Positions 49,763-61,076 of a DNA stretch of 64,000 bases are shown here, piece after piece. Source of the stretch: Squalus acanthias (lineage: Eukaryota); the NCBI GenBank assembly GCA_030390025.1, contig CM059432.1, forward strand, positions 55,740,001 to 55,804,000. The letters are read 5' to 3'. Made by a program: the position numbers and the translations under genes. How positions within the stretch are numbered: position 1 is the first letter of the stretch; the number at the start of each line of letters is the position of its first letter. Under the pieces are notes generated by a model. That model had not been told where the DNA came from and searched no databases. It saw only the letters and a list, made by a program, of their open reading frames with translations.

Positions 49763-51094
49763 ATGTTATTGTGAGTCAGTTTAATGCTGTAAGACTAGTT
49801 GTCCATTAGGTGGAGTGCTAGCTAGCCTTAGAGTTTGGAGCAAGTTATTTTGTGTTTCAAGCTTGTTTTGAATAGTTATCTGTTTTATTTTTTGCTGTAT
49901 TTACAAAACACGTTAGTGAAGAGGATGTCTCCTAATTCAGTCAATCGACTATTGCTTTCTTAAAGCATCAAGCTGAACCAAAAAACAATTTTAAGGCTTG
50001 CATGAACATAATTTTAAATTACTTTTAGCTATTGATGGAGAGAGATTTTCTGCTGAAAAGAAACATGTTCTATTTAATCTGTGCTTTGGTACAGATTTAC
50101 TAGGCAGTGCCAGACAATATTGAGCCATCCAGATCAAAATATTCAAAAGCTTGATCTCTGTCTGTACTGAATTAAAAACATTAAAACATATGAAAGCATG
50201 GTATAACAAAAGGCCATTCAGCGCATCTAGCGCACTCTTTGTACAGACATTGTACAATCTATTTTATGGATATACCCCACCCATTTAATTCTTTGTCTCC
50301 CAAGGGTAATCTAGCAAAGATCCAGAATATGCATCCATCCATAGACAACTCTTTCCTTCCAACAGCACAGGACAGTTTATGGATATTTATCTCTTTGCTT
50401 ATTGTGGGATATGCTGTGCGCAAATTGGCTGCTGCGTTTGCCTACACAACAGCAGCGACGACACGTCAAAACTAATTCATTGGCTGTGAAGCACTTTAGG
50501 ATATCCTGAGGACATGAAAGGTGCAATATCAATGCAGATTCTTTCTTTTTATGTGGTGTGTTCTATTTGATCACTCCAGTCTATATCTACAACTTCCAAT
50601 TGCATTGAAAACATATATACAGCTCCTTTTTGAAGCAATTAGTAGATTCAGCATCAACTGTTTTTGGTGGGAGTACCTCACATTTGCACTACTTTAGAGA
50701 AAAACAGTACTGCCAGACCCTGGGCCCCCTTTCCAGAGCTCTTAGATTGCAAGGCTGACCCCAATGTTGATTATGTCGGTATCCCTAAAATTACTACTTG
50801 GCATAACACTCCTGTTCTTATAAAACTTCCGACTTACCATGAGGAATGCCATGCCATCAGCTAGTATATTATAACTTTTGTATGCACTAACTGTTTGTCA
50901 CACTTGCATCTTGTGTCATGATATTGTTGTGCCTGGCAGTCATGCTTAAAATCGCTTTAAAACTGAGAATTAGTTTTAAATTGTAACTAAACTTTGTATA
51001 GGTTTCTGTACTTGCATTACTTACCTTTCAGTCCTCCCAGCACAAGGTGGTATTGTTGCTCCTCCAAACTCCATTTCTCTCGGTAGGCACTACA

Positions 51095-51555
51095 ACAACA
51101 ACAACAACGTGTATTTATATAGCGCCTTTAACGTAGTAAAACATCCCAAGGTTCTTCACAGGAGTATTATAAGACAAACATTTGACACCGAGCCACATAA
51201 GGAGAAATTAGGGCAGGTGCTTGGTCAAAGAGGTAGTTTTTAAGGAACGTCTTAAAGGAGGAAAGAGAGGTAGAGAGGCAGAGAGGTTTAGGCAAGGAAT
51301 TCCAGAGCTTAGGACCTAGGCAACAAAAGGCACGGCCACCAATCGTTGAGCGATTATAATCAGGGATGCTCAAGAGGGCAGAATGAGAGGAGCGCAGATA
51401 TCTCGGGGGGTTGTGGGGCTGGAGGAGATTACAGAGATAGGGAGGGGTGAGGCCATGGAGGGATTTGAAAACAAGGATGAGAATTTTGAAATCAAGGCGT
51501 TGCTTAACTGGGAGCCAATGTTGGTCAGCGAGCACAGGGGTGATGGGTGAACGGG
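51095..51555 (-). mobile_element. Young L2 3' fragment
   Basis: ORF 51167-51535 HWLPVKQRLDFKILILVFK; (GTT)n tail; ACTACA on both flanks (51089-51094, 51556-51561). Confidence 0.9.
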
Positions 51556-53303
51556 ACTACAGTACATTTTAAGCAAGTTTTCCTTTGAAATGTGTTAAAC
51601 ATTTATGATTTTCTGCCAGGCAAGTCTTATTTTAAGTTTAGTTTAAATTTATAGATTATATTTTTGCTTTAATCAACCTTTTAAGTTTATTTTAATTTAC
51701 TGTATTTCAGTCCTCTCTTGGGACTGCTTGAGATTCAAGCCAATTCAGGCCCCCTGACATCCTTCCCACCCCCACAATTGGACTTGGCACCAATGTGGAT
51801 GCACGCCTACCCCATTTCTGATAGCCCCAGTCCTGCCTTAGGCTGTCGCAACTGCTGGAACGCTAGCCTGTCAGGCCTTGCACCCTCCCTCCCAGTTTCA
51901 CATGCTCATCCACCTACCCCCTTTTCTCATTCCCATCCCCTAATGAGCTCCTTCTTCATCAGTTTCCCAGCATGACAGTTCATAGTTTCAAAATTTTTAC
52001 AGCATTTTGTTCTATTTATAGCGTTGTAAGCACTTAAAAAAACGTTACTTATTGCTGGGGAACTGACTTTCTCATCAGGCTGCTGGGGGAGTGGAACTTT
52101 GAGATCAGGCTAGAAGGAGGAAGGGAATGGTGTTTGAAATCAGGCTGGTGGGGTGGATGTGGATCAGGGTTTATGTTGAGGTTGTTGAGGAAAGGGGGAT
52201 GGAGGGGGGTTTGCTATTAGGATGACGGAGGAAGTGATAAGGCTGAAGGGGAGGGGATAGAGGTTGAGGGGTAATAGGACAGGAGATGGGCTGATCAGAA
52301 TGAGGACTCGAGAAGAGATGAGAATGAAGGCTCATGGGGACAGGGAGGGGGATTATGAGAGTTTGGGGTTCAGGAGGAAGTTGATGGAGGATGAGGGGGT
52401 TAAGAATTCAGAGTGGAGTGGGAGGGGAGTATGGGTGATGGGAGTAAGGACAAGGTGGTAAGCAGGGATGCATGGGAGGGGTGCGTAGGAGGAGAGGTGT
52501 TCGAGGAGAATACAGGGTGAGGTGGTAACGCAAAGCAGAGTGGGCCAGGAATGTGATAAAGTGAGAAGTTGATGGGAAGGTAAAGTGATAGTCAAAATTT
52601 TAATCAAGAATGTGGTATAAAATGACAGTATTCTGTCTCTTTCAACCTGCCAAGAGTGAAGGACATTTCCAGCTGTTACTCTAACAAGAGTCAGTTTTAA
52701 CTCAGTGCTAACACTGTTGCCTCTTCAAAGAGGCCGAGACTGAAACGAAAAAGACAATGGCCACAAAACTCGGTTCCATAGCGCCAGTAGTTTCAGCCAG
52801 TTTTGAAGGAAAAATGGCATCTGTCTCGCTTCTGCCCACTTCCGGCACAGCACACGCTGAACACCACCTTGGTAAGGGCAATAGCGTGGGTGGTACTTAC
52901 GTGCGCCAGCAGTACGCAGAGTTGGCCGATCGTGACGCCAGTCAGTGTGTAACGCAGATTTGACGCACAACCTGCCATTTTCAACCTTGCCGCTCCATTC
53001 AACACCCTCTCCTAAACTGCACGAGGGTTCCCCCCACCAGCGCTACTTAAAGGAATACATCCAACTTGCAGGAGTTGGTTAATGTTATCTACTGGCTCTT
53101 GCAGAGTTTGTAGGAGTACTGGGTTGCTGGAAGAGATTTGAAAAGTTGTTAAAGTGTGCAGGGAGTGCTGTTGGATGTTGGGAAGGCATAGGCTGCTGCT
53201 GGAAGGCCTCTGACTACACCACTTGCTCCCAGTCATGGGGGCTCTAGTTGCAGTCCCCCTCGTGACAAAGAGATGGAGCAGAGGCAGCAAAGAAGACAAG
53301 CTG

Positions 53304-54684
53304 AAATAAAAACAGAAAATGCTGGAAATACTCAGCAGGTCAGGCAGCATCTGTGGAGAGAGAAACAGAGTTAACGTTTCAGGTCGATGATCCTTCGTCA
53401 GAACTGGAAAAAGCTGGAGATCGAACAGGTTTTTAAGCAAGTACGGGGGCAGGGAAAGGCGGGAGGGGAGGAAAGAACAAAAGGAAAGGTCTGTGATAGG
53501 GTGGAAGGCAGGAGAGATTAAGAGACATTAAGAGAGATTGAGAGATGCTCCAAGGCAAAAGGAGAAGGTAATGGGACAAGTTAAGAAACAAAAGATGGCT
53601 CTAGATGAAGTGTAAATGGCACTGGCAGAATGAAAGACTGCTACCATGTGGGAGAGAGAAAAAAAAATGGGGAAAAAAAGGATAGGGGCAGAGGTTATGG
53701 TCTGAAATTGTTGAACTCTATGTTGAGTCCAGAAGGCTGTAAAGTGCCTAATCGAAAGATGAGGTGCTGTTCCTCGAGCTTATGTTGAGCTTCATTGGAA
53801 CAGTGCAAGAGGCCAAGGACGGTGAGGTCTGAGTGGGAGTGGAGCGGAGAATTAAAGTGACAGGCAACCGGAAGCTCGGGGTCACCCTTACGGACTGAAC
53901 GGAGGTGTTCCGCAAAGCGGTCACCCAATCTGCGTTTGGTCTCCCCAATGTAGAGGAGACCGCATCGTGAGCAGCGAATACAGTATACTAAATTGGAAGA
54001 AGTACAAGTAAATCGCTGTTTCACCTGGAAGGAGTGCTTGGGGCCCTGGACAGTGGGAAGGGTGGAGATAAAAGGGCATGTATTGCATCTCCTGCGCTTG
54101 CACGGGAAGGTGCCGGGAGAAGGGGAAGGGATGTTGGGGGTGATAGAGGAGTGGACCAGGGTGTCGCGGTGGGAGTGGACCCTTCGGAATGCTGAAGGGG
54201 GGAGGGGAAGATGTGTTTGATGGTGGGATCACGCTGGAGGTGGCGGAAATGGCGGAGGATGATCCGTTGAATGTGGAGGCTGGTGGGGTGAAAGGTGAGG
54301 ACAAGGGGAACCCTATCGTGGTTCCGGGAGGGAGGGGAAGGGGCGAGAGCAGAAGTGCGGGAAATAGAACGGACACGGTCAAGGGCCATGTCAACCACAG
54401 TAGAGGGGAATCCTCGGTTGAGGAAAAAGGAAGACATGTCGGAAGCACTAGTATGGAAGGTGGCATCGTCAGAGCAGATGCGGCGGAGACGGAGAAACTG
54501 GGAGAATGGAATTGAGTCCTTACAGGAAGCGGGGTGGGAGGAAGTGTAGTCCAGGTAGCTGTGGGAGTCAGTGGGCTTGTAGTGAATGTTGGTCAATAGC
54601 CTATTCCCAGAGATGGAGACAGAGAAGTCGAGGAATGGAAGGGAAGAGTTGGAGATGGACCATGTGAAGGTGATGGAAGGGTGA
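53304..54684 (-). mobile_element. Penelope-like element (Neptune type), 5'-truncated, 15-bp TSD
   Basis: LPFLD..HYKPTDSHSYL, NLVYCIRCSRCGLLYIGET; pLTR with hammerhead motif at 53369-53405. Perfect TSD AAAGAAGACAAGCTG at 53289-53303 and 54685-54699. Confidence 0.95.
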
Positions 54685-55024
54685 AAAGAAGACAAGCTGC
54701 TCACAGAGGAAGGAGTAGGAAGAGGGCTCTCAGCCGGAGGCCTTACCCACCTCAGGTCTTCAGGGAGCACTTCTCCTACCTGCACCTAAGCCAGAAACAG
54801 TGTGTTCGGCGGCTCCGCTTCACCAAGGAGGTGGTCACGGAACTCTGCCACCTCTTGGAACCAGACCTGCAGCCTCAGAGCAAGGTGACGATGGTGCTGC
54901 CAGTGGCCCTCAAGGTGACTGTGGCCCTGAATTTTTTTGCCAGCGGATCCTTCCAGGCTGGAACTGGCGATATAGTAAACATCTTGCAGTTCGCCGTCCA
55001 TCACTGCATCCAGGAGGTCACGGA

Positions 55025-55664
55025 GGGGGAAAAATTTGGTTGCTTTGCGCCTCCCGTTAGCGCCCTAAGAGGGGGAGCGCTATTTAAAGGTGACCGCTTC
55101 CTGCCTTTTTTTGTCGGCGACATTTTTGCACCACGCATTCTGAGAGAGAGAGAGAGAGACTTCTGGAGAGATTCAACTCTGTGTGAAGGAGTTTTGGGTA
55201 CTGAGCAGCACTTTGCAGGTTCATTTTGATTTGACCTTCCTTGCATCGATTTAGAAGAGACTTGGGGGCTGCACTCTGAGCTATTTCCTGCGCCTCTCCA
55301 TTGTTCTTTCCAGCAGATTTGATGTACAGGTCTCTCCAGGCCGAGATTCAAGGCTGCAATGAGCAGGGTGTGGATGGAGAGCAAGATCGACCCTCCCCTT
55401 TAAGAACTGGCCGGCGCCAGTGTGTCTGTGTTCCATTGCTGACTGACATCACATGAGCTTCGCCAGCGCTCTGAGGTAGTGCCTAGTTCCTCAGGCGTTA
55501 GTGCCTTAAGAGAGGTGTGTAGCGCCTGATTTAGCGCTCTAATCACCTCCAGGGGCGATAAAAGCCAAGTTTGCAGTCGGAGGTGATAATTAACGCCAGG
55601 CGCTAAACTTTGTGCCCGGACGATAATTGCGCCCCAAAACGGGACGATATCGAATTTCTCCCCC
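55025..55664. mobile_element. GGGGG-TIR Harbinger MITE, inverted internally deleted copy of 10965-11856
   Basis: TIR GGGGGAAAAATT / AATTTCTCCCCC; flanks GGA/AGA; removal restores the transposase frame EVT-DSLY. Confidence 0.9.
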
Positions 55665-58600
55665 AGATTCTCTGTACACTAGGGGAGGGGACTTTATTGT
55701 CTTCTCTCTAAACAGAGAGAAGCAGGAGGAGCGCACACTTCTTCCAGCCACCCCGATGGTGGCTGCTCGCCAACAAAGGCTATCCGCTCTACACCAAGCT
55801 GATGACTCCCCTCCGCACCCCACCACTCATGGCCAGCACTCATATAATGAAAGCCATGTTGCCACGAGGAATGTCATCGAGCAGACCATTGGGGTGCTGT
55901 AGCAACAGTTCTGCTGCCTTGATTGCTCGGGAGGAGCCCTCCAGTACTCGCTGGCACGGGTGTCCCAAATCGTGGTAGTCTGCTGCACCCTCCACAGCTT
56001 GGCCATCATGAGGGCGCAGCCCTTGCCACCACAGGTTCTGCGACCACCTCAGGAGGAGGAGGAGGAGGAGGAAGAGGAGGAGGAAGGTAGGAGGCAGCCT
56101 GCACATCCACGTTCTGGACGGGCTGTCCATGAGTGCATCATCAGACTCCATTTCCACTGAATGAAACCCCAGATCCCCATTGCTCAACACTTCCCCACCT
56201 TACCATTCCTCTGTCATGGAACATCACAGTGTCCGCTTGGCCACAATGCTGAAATGAAAGTCACCACAAAACAAACATTCCAACCAAATTTATCAATCAA
56301 TCAATCCAATATTAAATAACAAAGTCGCATCACGAGCTCACTGAAGCCCTCAGACAACAGGGGAATGTATTACCCGAATTGTGCCACATAATTGTGCAGC
56401 TCATACTTAAGTATCTTATTTACTGTCAGTTTCACTTGAGCATAGGTTTTGATATTGAGTAAAACATGTTGATTGATGGGACAGGTCCTGTTAGACCTGT
56501 AAAGCATGGTAGTTGCAGTAGTAGTGACACAGGAGGCACCACCAAAACCACCTCATACTGGATTGGTACTGGTTTTTCCCACGCTCTGTTACCTACAAAA
56601 CACAATTATCACAGTCACAGTTAAATTCAGTCTTACAATCATTTCAAGCGACATTACAGTTTAACATCTAGTCAACAAATCATGGACTTAAAAGATTCTC
56701 CAGATCTCTTTTACTCGTATCTATCTTGTGGATAATTCTTACTAAACATGATTTCTCCTTAGCCCTCAATTGTCCCAATCCAAATTCCATGTAACTCTCC
56801 ACTTCAACTTCAATTTCAATCCCTCTATTCTGATTGTTTCATTAATTAGATAGTTTCTCGATGGATTATGTGTCAATGCTGTAAAAGTTGTCTCGCTCTC
56901 CTGAGCCACATTAACCATTTCATGTCTTGCTGTTGTCAAGTAACTGAGCATGTCTGAGACCCATTCTTCAGTGCAGATTCACCACGCATTTGCGGATGGT
57001 AATTGCTTCATACGTAACAAATCACATTTGCACACTCATATCGTTATCTCCATATTATGCCACACATGCCATCCAATACAAGCCTTTCTCGGGCTTTCAG
57101 GTGATCTTATCAAAAGATTGTCTGGAGGTCTTTGCTCATCTTCCACCGTATGGTTCTGATGTCTTGGATAGTGGCCAGACTATCAAATTCAGTTTTCTTA
57201 AAAAGTTCATTATAGGCAGGGACACAAATGTCTCCAAGAGAAAGCTATCAATTTATTATTCTTAACTACACTTTCCTGACTTTCACTAGAAAGTTTGGAA
57301 AATTCCCAATTGGTGGTGTAATTCTCCTATTTCTATCTCACACCCTCAATCACTTCCTCTCTCCATTTTACACATCCCATTAATTACCATTCATATCTCA
57401 TTCATGAGCCCTGGAGGAACTTTACTGTCCAGTACAATATTTAAGATTGAAAACATAGATCAAACATTCTCACTTGGTCCAAGTTATTAACACTTTTTAT
57501 TTATCATTATTTTAGAGGATCTTTTATTTTCCCAAAAGTAACCCAATATATAGTGCCTGAGTCCATTTTGTTATTACAAAATTATCCCAAAATCCAAACA
57601 GCAGTATTGTTGAACTGACAGGTTTTGTCAATGTTTAATTTCATTTCTATCAATTTATCTTCCATTTCCAATTTCAGAAACAAGTGATTCCCAGGCTAGG
57701 TGGCTTACACAGTGTTTTAACATTAGAGACAGAAGTGCTGCAATTAGTTTACAAGGTAACTTCCATATAACAAAAGAAAGAAGAGAATCCATTGTGACTA
57801 TGCTTAGAGCCCAAGGGGTTAATTTATCAATTCATAATTTTCCTTCTGTCACTGTGGGGAAATATTAACTTAAAATTCAGAAACTTAAATTTAATAATGT
57901 CCAATATCTTTAAATTTCATACTAAAGTTGTTGCTTGGTGAACTTAAACAGCTGTCAGTGCAAAGGGTTAACTCCTTTGCAGGTTTTTAAGAAGGTGGAG
58001 CGAAACATTGTCAGGCGCACGCAATTGCGTCACTTCAAGTAAATTTTAAAAAACTTTCCCGATCAAAAAAGACAGTTGTGTTTTCACACTTGAACTAAAC
58101 ACGAACAGAACAGATAAAACAAAACAAAATAGCACATGCTTGCAGAAAACAGTAAATTATGTCATATTTCTTATTGTCCTTTCTTCAGTTGCCTTTCCAA
58201 AATACTGTAAAAACATTGAATATAACTGGAGAAAAATTAGTTTTTCACATTAAAATCAAATCAAACACCATAGCAACCGCGACTCCAAGGTTAAATCTTA
58301 GACTGAAACTTAATCTTTTGTTAAACAAACTTTTTGTTGTTCTTCTCAGTTTTTCCACACCAGCTTAACTAAAATTGTAGTTCAAAGTTTTTTTCTCCAA
58401 TTCTTGGGGCACAATCTTATTCGCACATTCTTAAAACTTCCAAAATCCAAGACAAGACAAAAGTTTTAAACACTTTTAACACAGAGAAGTGGGTGAATCT
58501 AAAACACACATAACAGAATCTTTCTTTTAAAGACAGACTTTTCAGACAAAATAAATACTGTAACTTCTTAAACATTCATAGTCAGGATAACTTTCACTCT

Positions 58601-59093
58601 TTAACACACATTTTCATACAAACTGAAATTCCAGCATTCCTTAACGTTCCTTTCACTCAGCAAATCTTGCGTTTTATTTGTCTCGGCACAGACGTTAATA
58701 ACATCCATGTCAGTAAAACTTTAAATTTCTCTTTTTTTTCCCTCTGTTTAAATCGGCGTCTCAGCAGCTTTTCCTGGCTTTCCAAATCCCTGTTTTTTCA
58801 CTTCCTTTGCTGAGTTTTCAGATTGGTTAGCCTGCAAATTAGATATTTTTCCTCTCTATCTTCCCCCTCTCTCTCCTGCACTTTATGCTTCACCTCCTTC
58901 AGGCTATCTATCAACTGTTCCCGGTGATATGCCAACGCCATTGTATTTCTGGTTTTACCTTTCAACACGCTCTTTACCGCTCCCTTCTTTCAGAGAGAAA
59001 AAAAAACTATACTCAGTCTAAGCAACAATCACGTGCATTTGACCAAGTCTCTCCGGTCCCCCCGACCGGAACCTTACAACTCCTAACTCTGTG

Positions 59094-59111
59094 ATCCCAC
59101 TTCTGACACCA
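59094..59111 (-). other. Primer-binding site, tRNA-Leu
   Basis: TGGTGTCAGAAGTGGGAT, complement of the vertebrate tRNA-Leu(CAA) 3' end plus CCA, 1 nt from the LTR end. Confidence 0.9.
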
Positions 59112-59112
59112 C

Positions 59113-59662
59113 TGTAAGTTTAGGATCACAGGCCACACACTTCTGTTGGGTCATCCCTCGAGTTGTTGGAGGTGTTAGGCCGTCAGCCACCTCAGAGGTT
59201 AACTTAACCAAGGTGTTAGGCCATAGCCACCTCGGGGAAGCCTTCGCCCCTAACTGCCTGATTTCCTGTCTCGATCGTCTATATTTATAGTTATTTCGGT
59301 GGGCTGGTAATCACCTGGTGTTAATCATTTGATCCCCTATCCTATTGTCCAATTGTGAAGCGGGAAGGCATCCCTCACCGCCCCTTTCTGCATGGCTGAC
59401 GAGGCCTCCCTCTTATCTTTCTGAGGAATGTTTTGTTATGTTTCTTTAAGGACATTTTATGACTTTTTGGCTCCACTTTTGTCTATTATCCTACCACCCT
59501 GTGTTGTTTTGCATTTTACGATTCCCTTGTCACTTCTATTTGTCTTTTGATGCTTGTTATTCGACCTTGCTGGCATTTCTGCTATCTGTTCCCGGCTGCA
59601 TGTTGTCAGTCTCTGTTCTAAGAATTAAAACCCATCTTTGAATCTAACAGCTATTTCTTACA
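59113..59662 (-). repeat. Long terminal repeat, 550 bp
   Basis: Termini TGTAAG...CTTACA; TATAAATA on minus strand (~59282-59289); abuts a broken CR1 at 59663. Confidence 0.8.
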
Positions 59663-61076
59663 TCTGGTTCTAGACTCCCCAGCCAGGGGAAACATCCTCC
59701 CTGCATCTACCCTGTCAAGCCCTGTAAGAATTTTGTATGTTTCAATGAGATCACCTCTCATTCTTCTAAACTCTAGGGAATATAGGCCTAGTCTACTCAA
59801 TCTCTCCTCATAGGACAATCCCTCCATCCCAGGAACCAGTCTGGTGAACCTTCGTTGCACTCCCTCTATGGCAAGTATATCCTTCCTTAGGTAAGGAGAC
59901 CAAAACTGTACACAATACTCCAGGTGTGGTCTCACCAGGGCCCTATATAATTGCGGTAAGACGTCTTTACTCTTATATTCAAATCATCTTGTAAGAAAGG
60001 CCAATATATCATTTGCTTTCCTAATTGCTTGCTGTACCTGCATGTTAACTTTCAGTGATTCATGTACAAGGACACCCAGGTCCCTCTGAACACCAACATT
60101 TCCCAATCTCTCACCATTTAAAAAATAATCTACTCTATATTTTTCCCACCAAAGTGGATAACTTCACATTTCTCCACATTATATTCCATTTGCCATGTGC
60201 TTGCCCATTCACTTAGCCTGTCTAAATCTCCTTGAAGCCTCCTTGCATCCTCCTCACAACTTACATTCCCACTCAGCTTTGTATCATGAGCAAACTTGGA
60301 TATATTACATTTGGTCCCCTCATCCAAATCATTGAGGTAGATTGTGAATAACTGATCCTTGTGGTACCCCACGAGTTACAGCCTGCCAACCCGAAAATGA
60401 CCCATTTATTCCTACTCTCTGTTTTCTGTCCGTTAACCAATTCTCAATCCGTGCTAGTATATTACCCCCAATCCCATGAGCCCTAATTTTGTTTAATAAC
60501 CTCTTGTGTGGCACCTTATTGAAAGCCTTCTGAAAATCCAAATACTCAACATCCACTGGTTCCCCCTTATCTATTCTGTTACTTACAACCTCAAAAAACT
60601 CTAACAGATTTGTCAAACACGATTTCCCTTTCATAACTCCGTGTCGACTCTGCCCAATCCTATTATTATTTTCTAAGTGCCCTGTTAGCACGTCCTTAAG
60701 AATAGATTCTAGCATTTTCCCTACTACTGATGTCAGGCTAACTGGTCAGTAGTTCTCGTTTTCTCACTCCCTCCTTTCTTAAATAGTGGGGTTACATTTG
60801 CTACCTTCCAATCCGCGGGAAACGTTCTAGAATCTATGGAATTTTGGAAAATGACAACCAATGCATCCACTATCTCTAAAGCCAACTCTTTCAAAACCCT
60901 AGATGTAGGCCATCAGGTCATGGGGATTTATCGGCTTTCAGTCCCATTAATTTCTGCAGTACTACTTTTTTACTAATACTAATATAATAATACAGTTCCT
61001 CATTCTCGCTAGACCCTTGGTTCTTCACTATTTGCGGGAAGTTTTTTGCGTCTTCTTCCGTGAAGACAGACACAAA
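59663..61076 (-). mobile_element. CR1 LINE fragment cut by the LTR (3') and a Harbinger (5')
   Basis: ORFs 60329-60715, 60130-60372 and 59651-59935 with RT motifs. Confidence 0.93.

Larger units (their letters stand above)
53235..56160 (+). pseudogene. Harbinger (HARBI1-family) DDE transposase, fragmented
   Basis: 53273-53303 + 54700-55024 (RRLRFTKE..LPVALKVTVALNFFASGSFQ) + 55665-56160 (WLLANKGYPL, YNESH..TRNVIEQTIGVL*, CCTLHSLA). The AIDCTH catalytic region is deleted. Confidence 0.88.
52759..56322 (+). mobile_element. PIF/Harbinger transposon (transposase half) with nested Penelope and MITE
   Basis: Starts AAT|GGCCACAAAACTCGG; CpG-rich subterminal region; transposase remnants follow. Confidence 0.75.
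56325..59662 (-). mobile_element. LTR retroelement/ERV: 5' LTR, PBS and decayed internal region; 3' LTR not seen
   Basis: LTR and PBS listed below; purine-rich minus strand without intact gag/pol; left boundary uncertain. Confidence 0.65.

Noticed and set aside
51720..52620. C-rich then G/A-rich asymmetric block, possibly an old DNA transposon interior
   Set aside because: No TIRs, TSD or second copy could be identified.
53235..56160. Host HARBI1 gene
   Set aside because: Two insertions, catalytic-core deletion and an in-frame stop.
59094..59111. tRNA-Leu gene
   Set aside because: Only the last 18 nt including encoded CCA, adjacent to an LTR end; it is a PBS.
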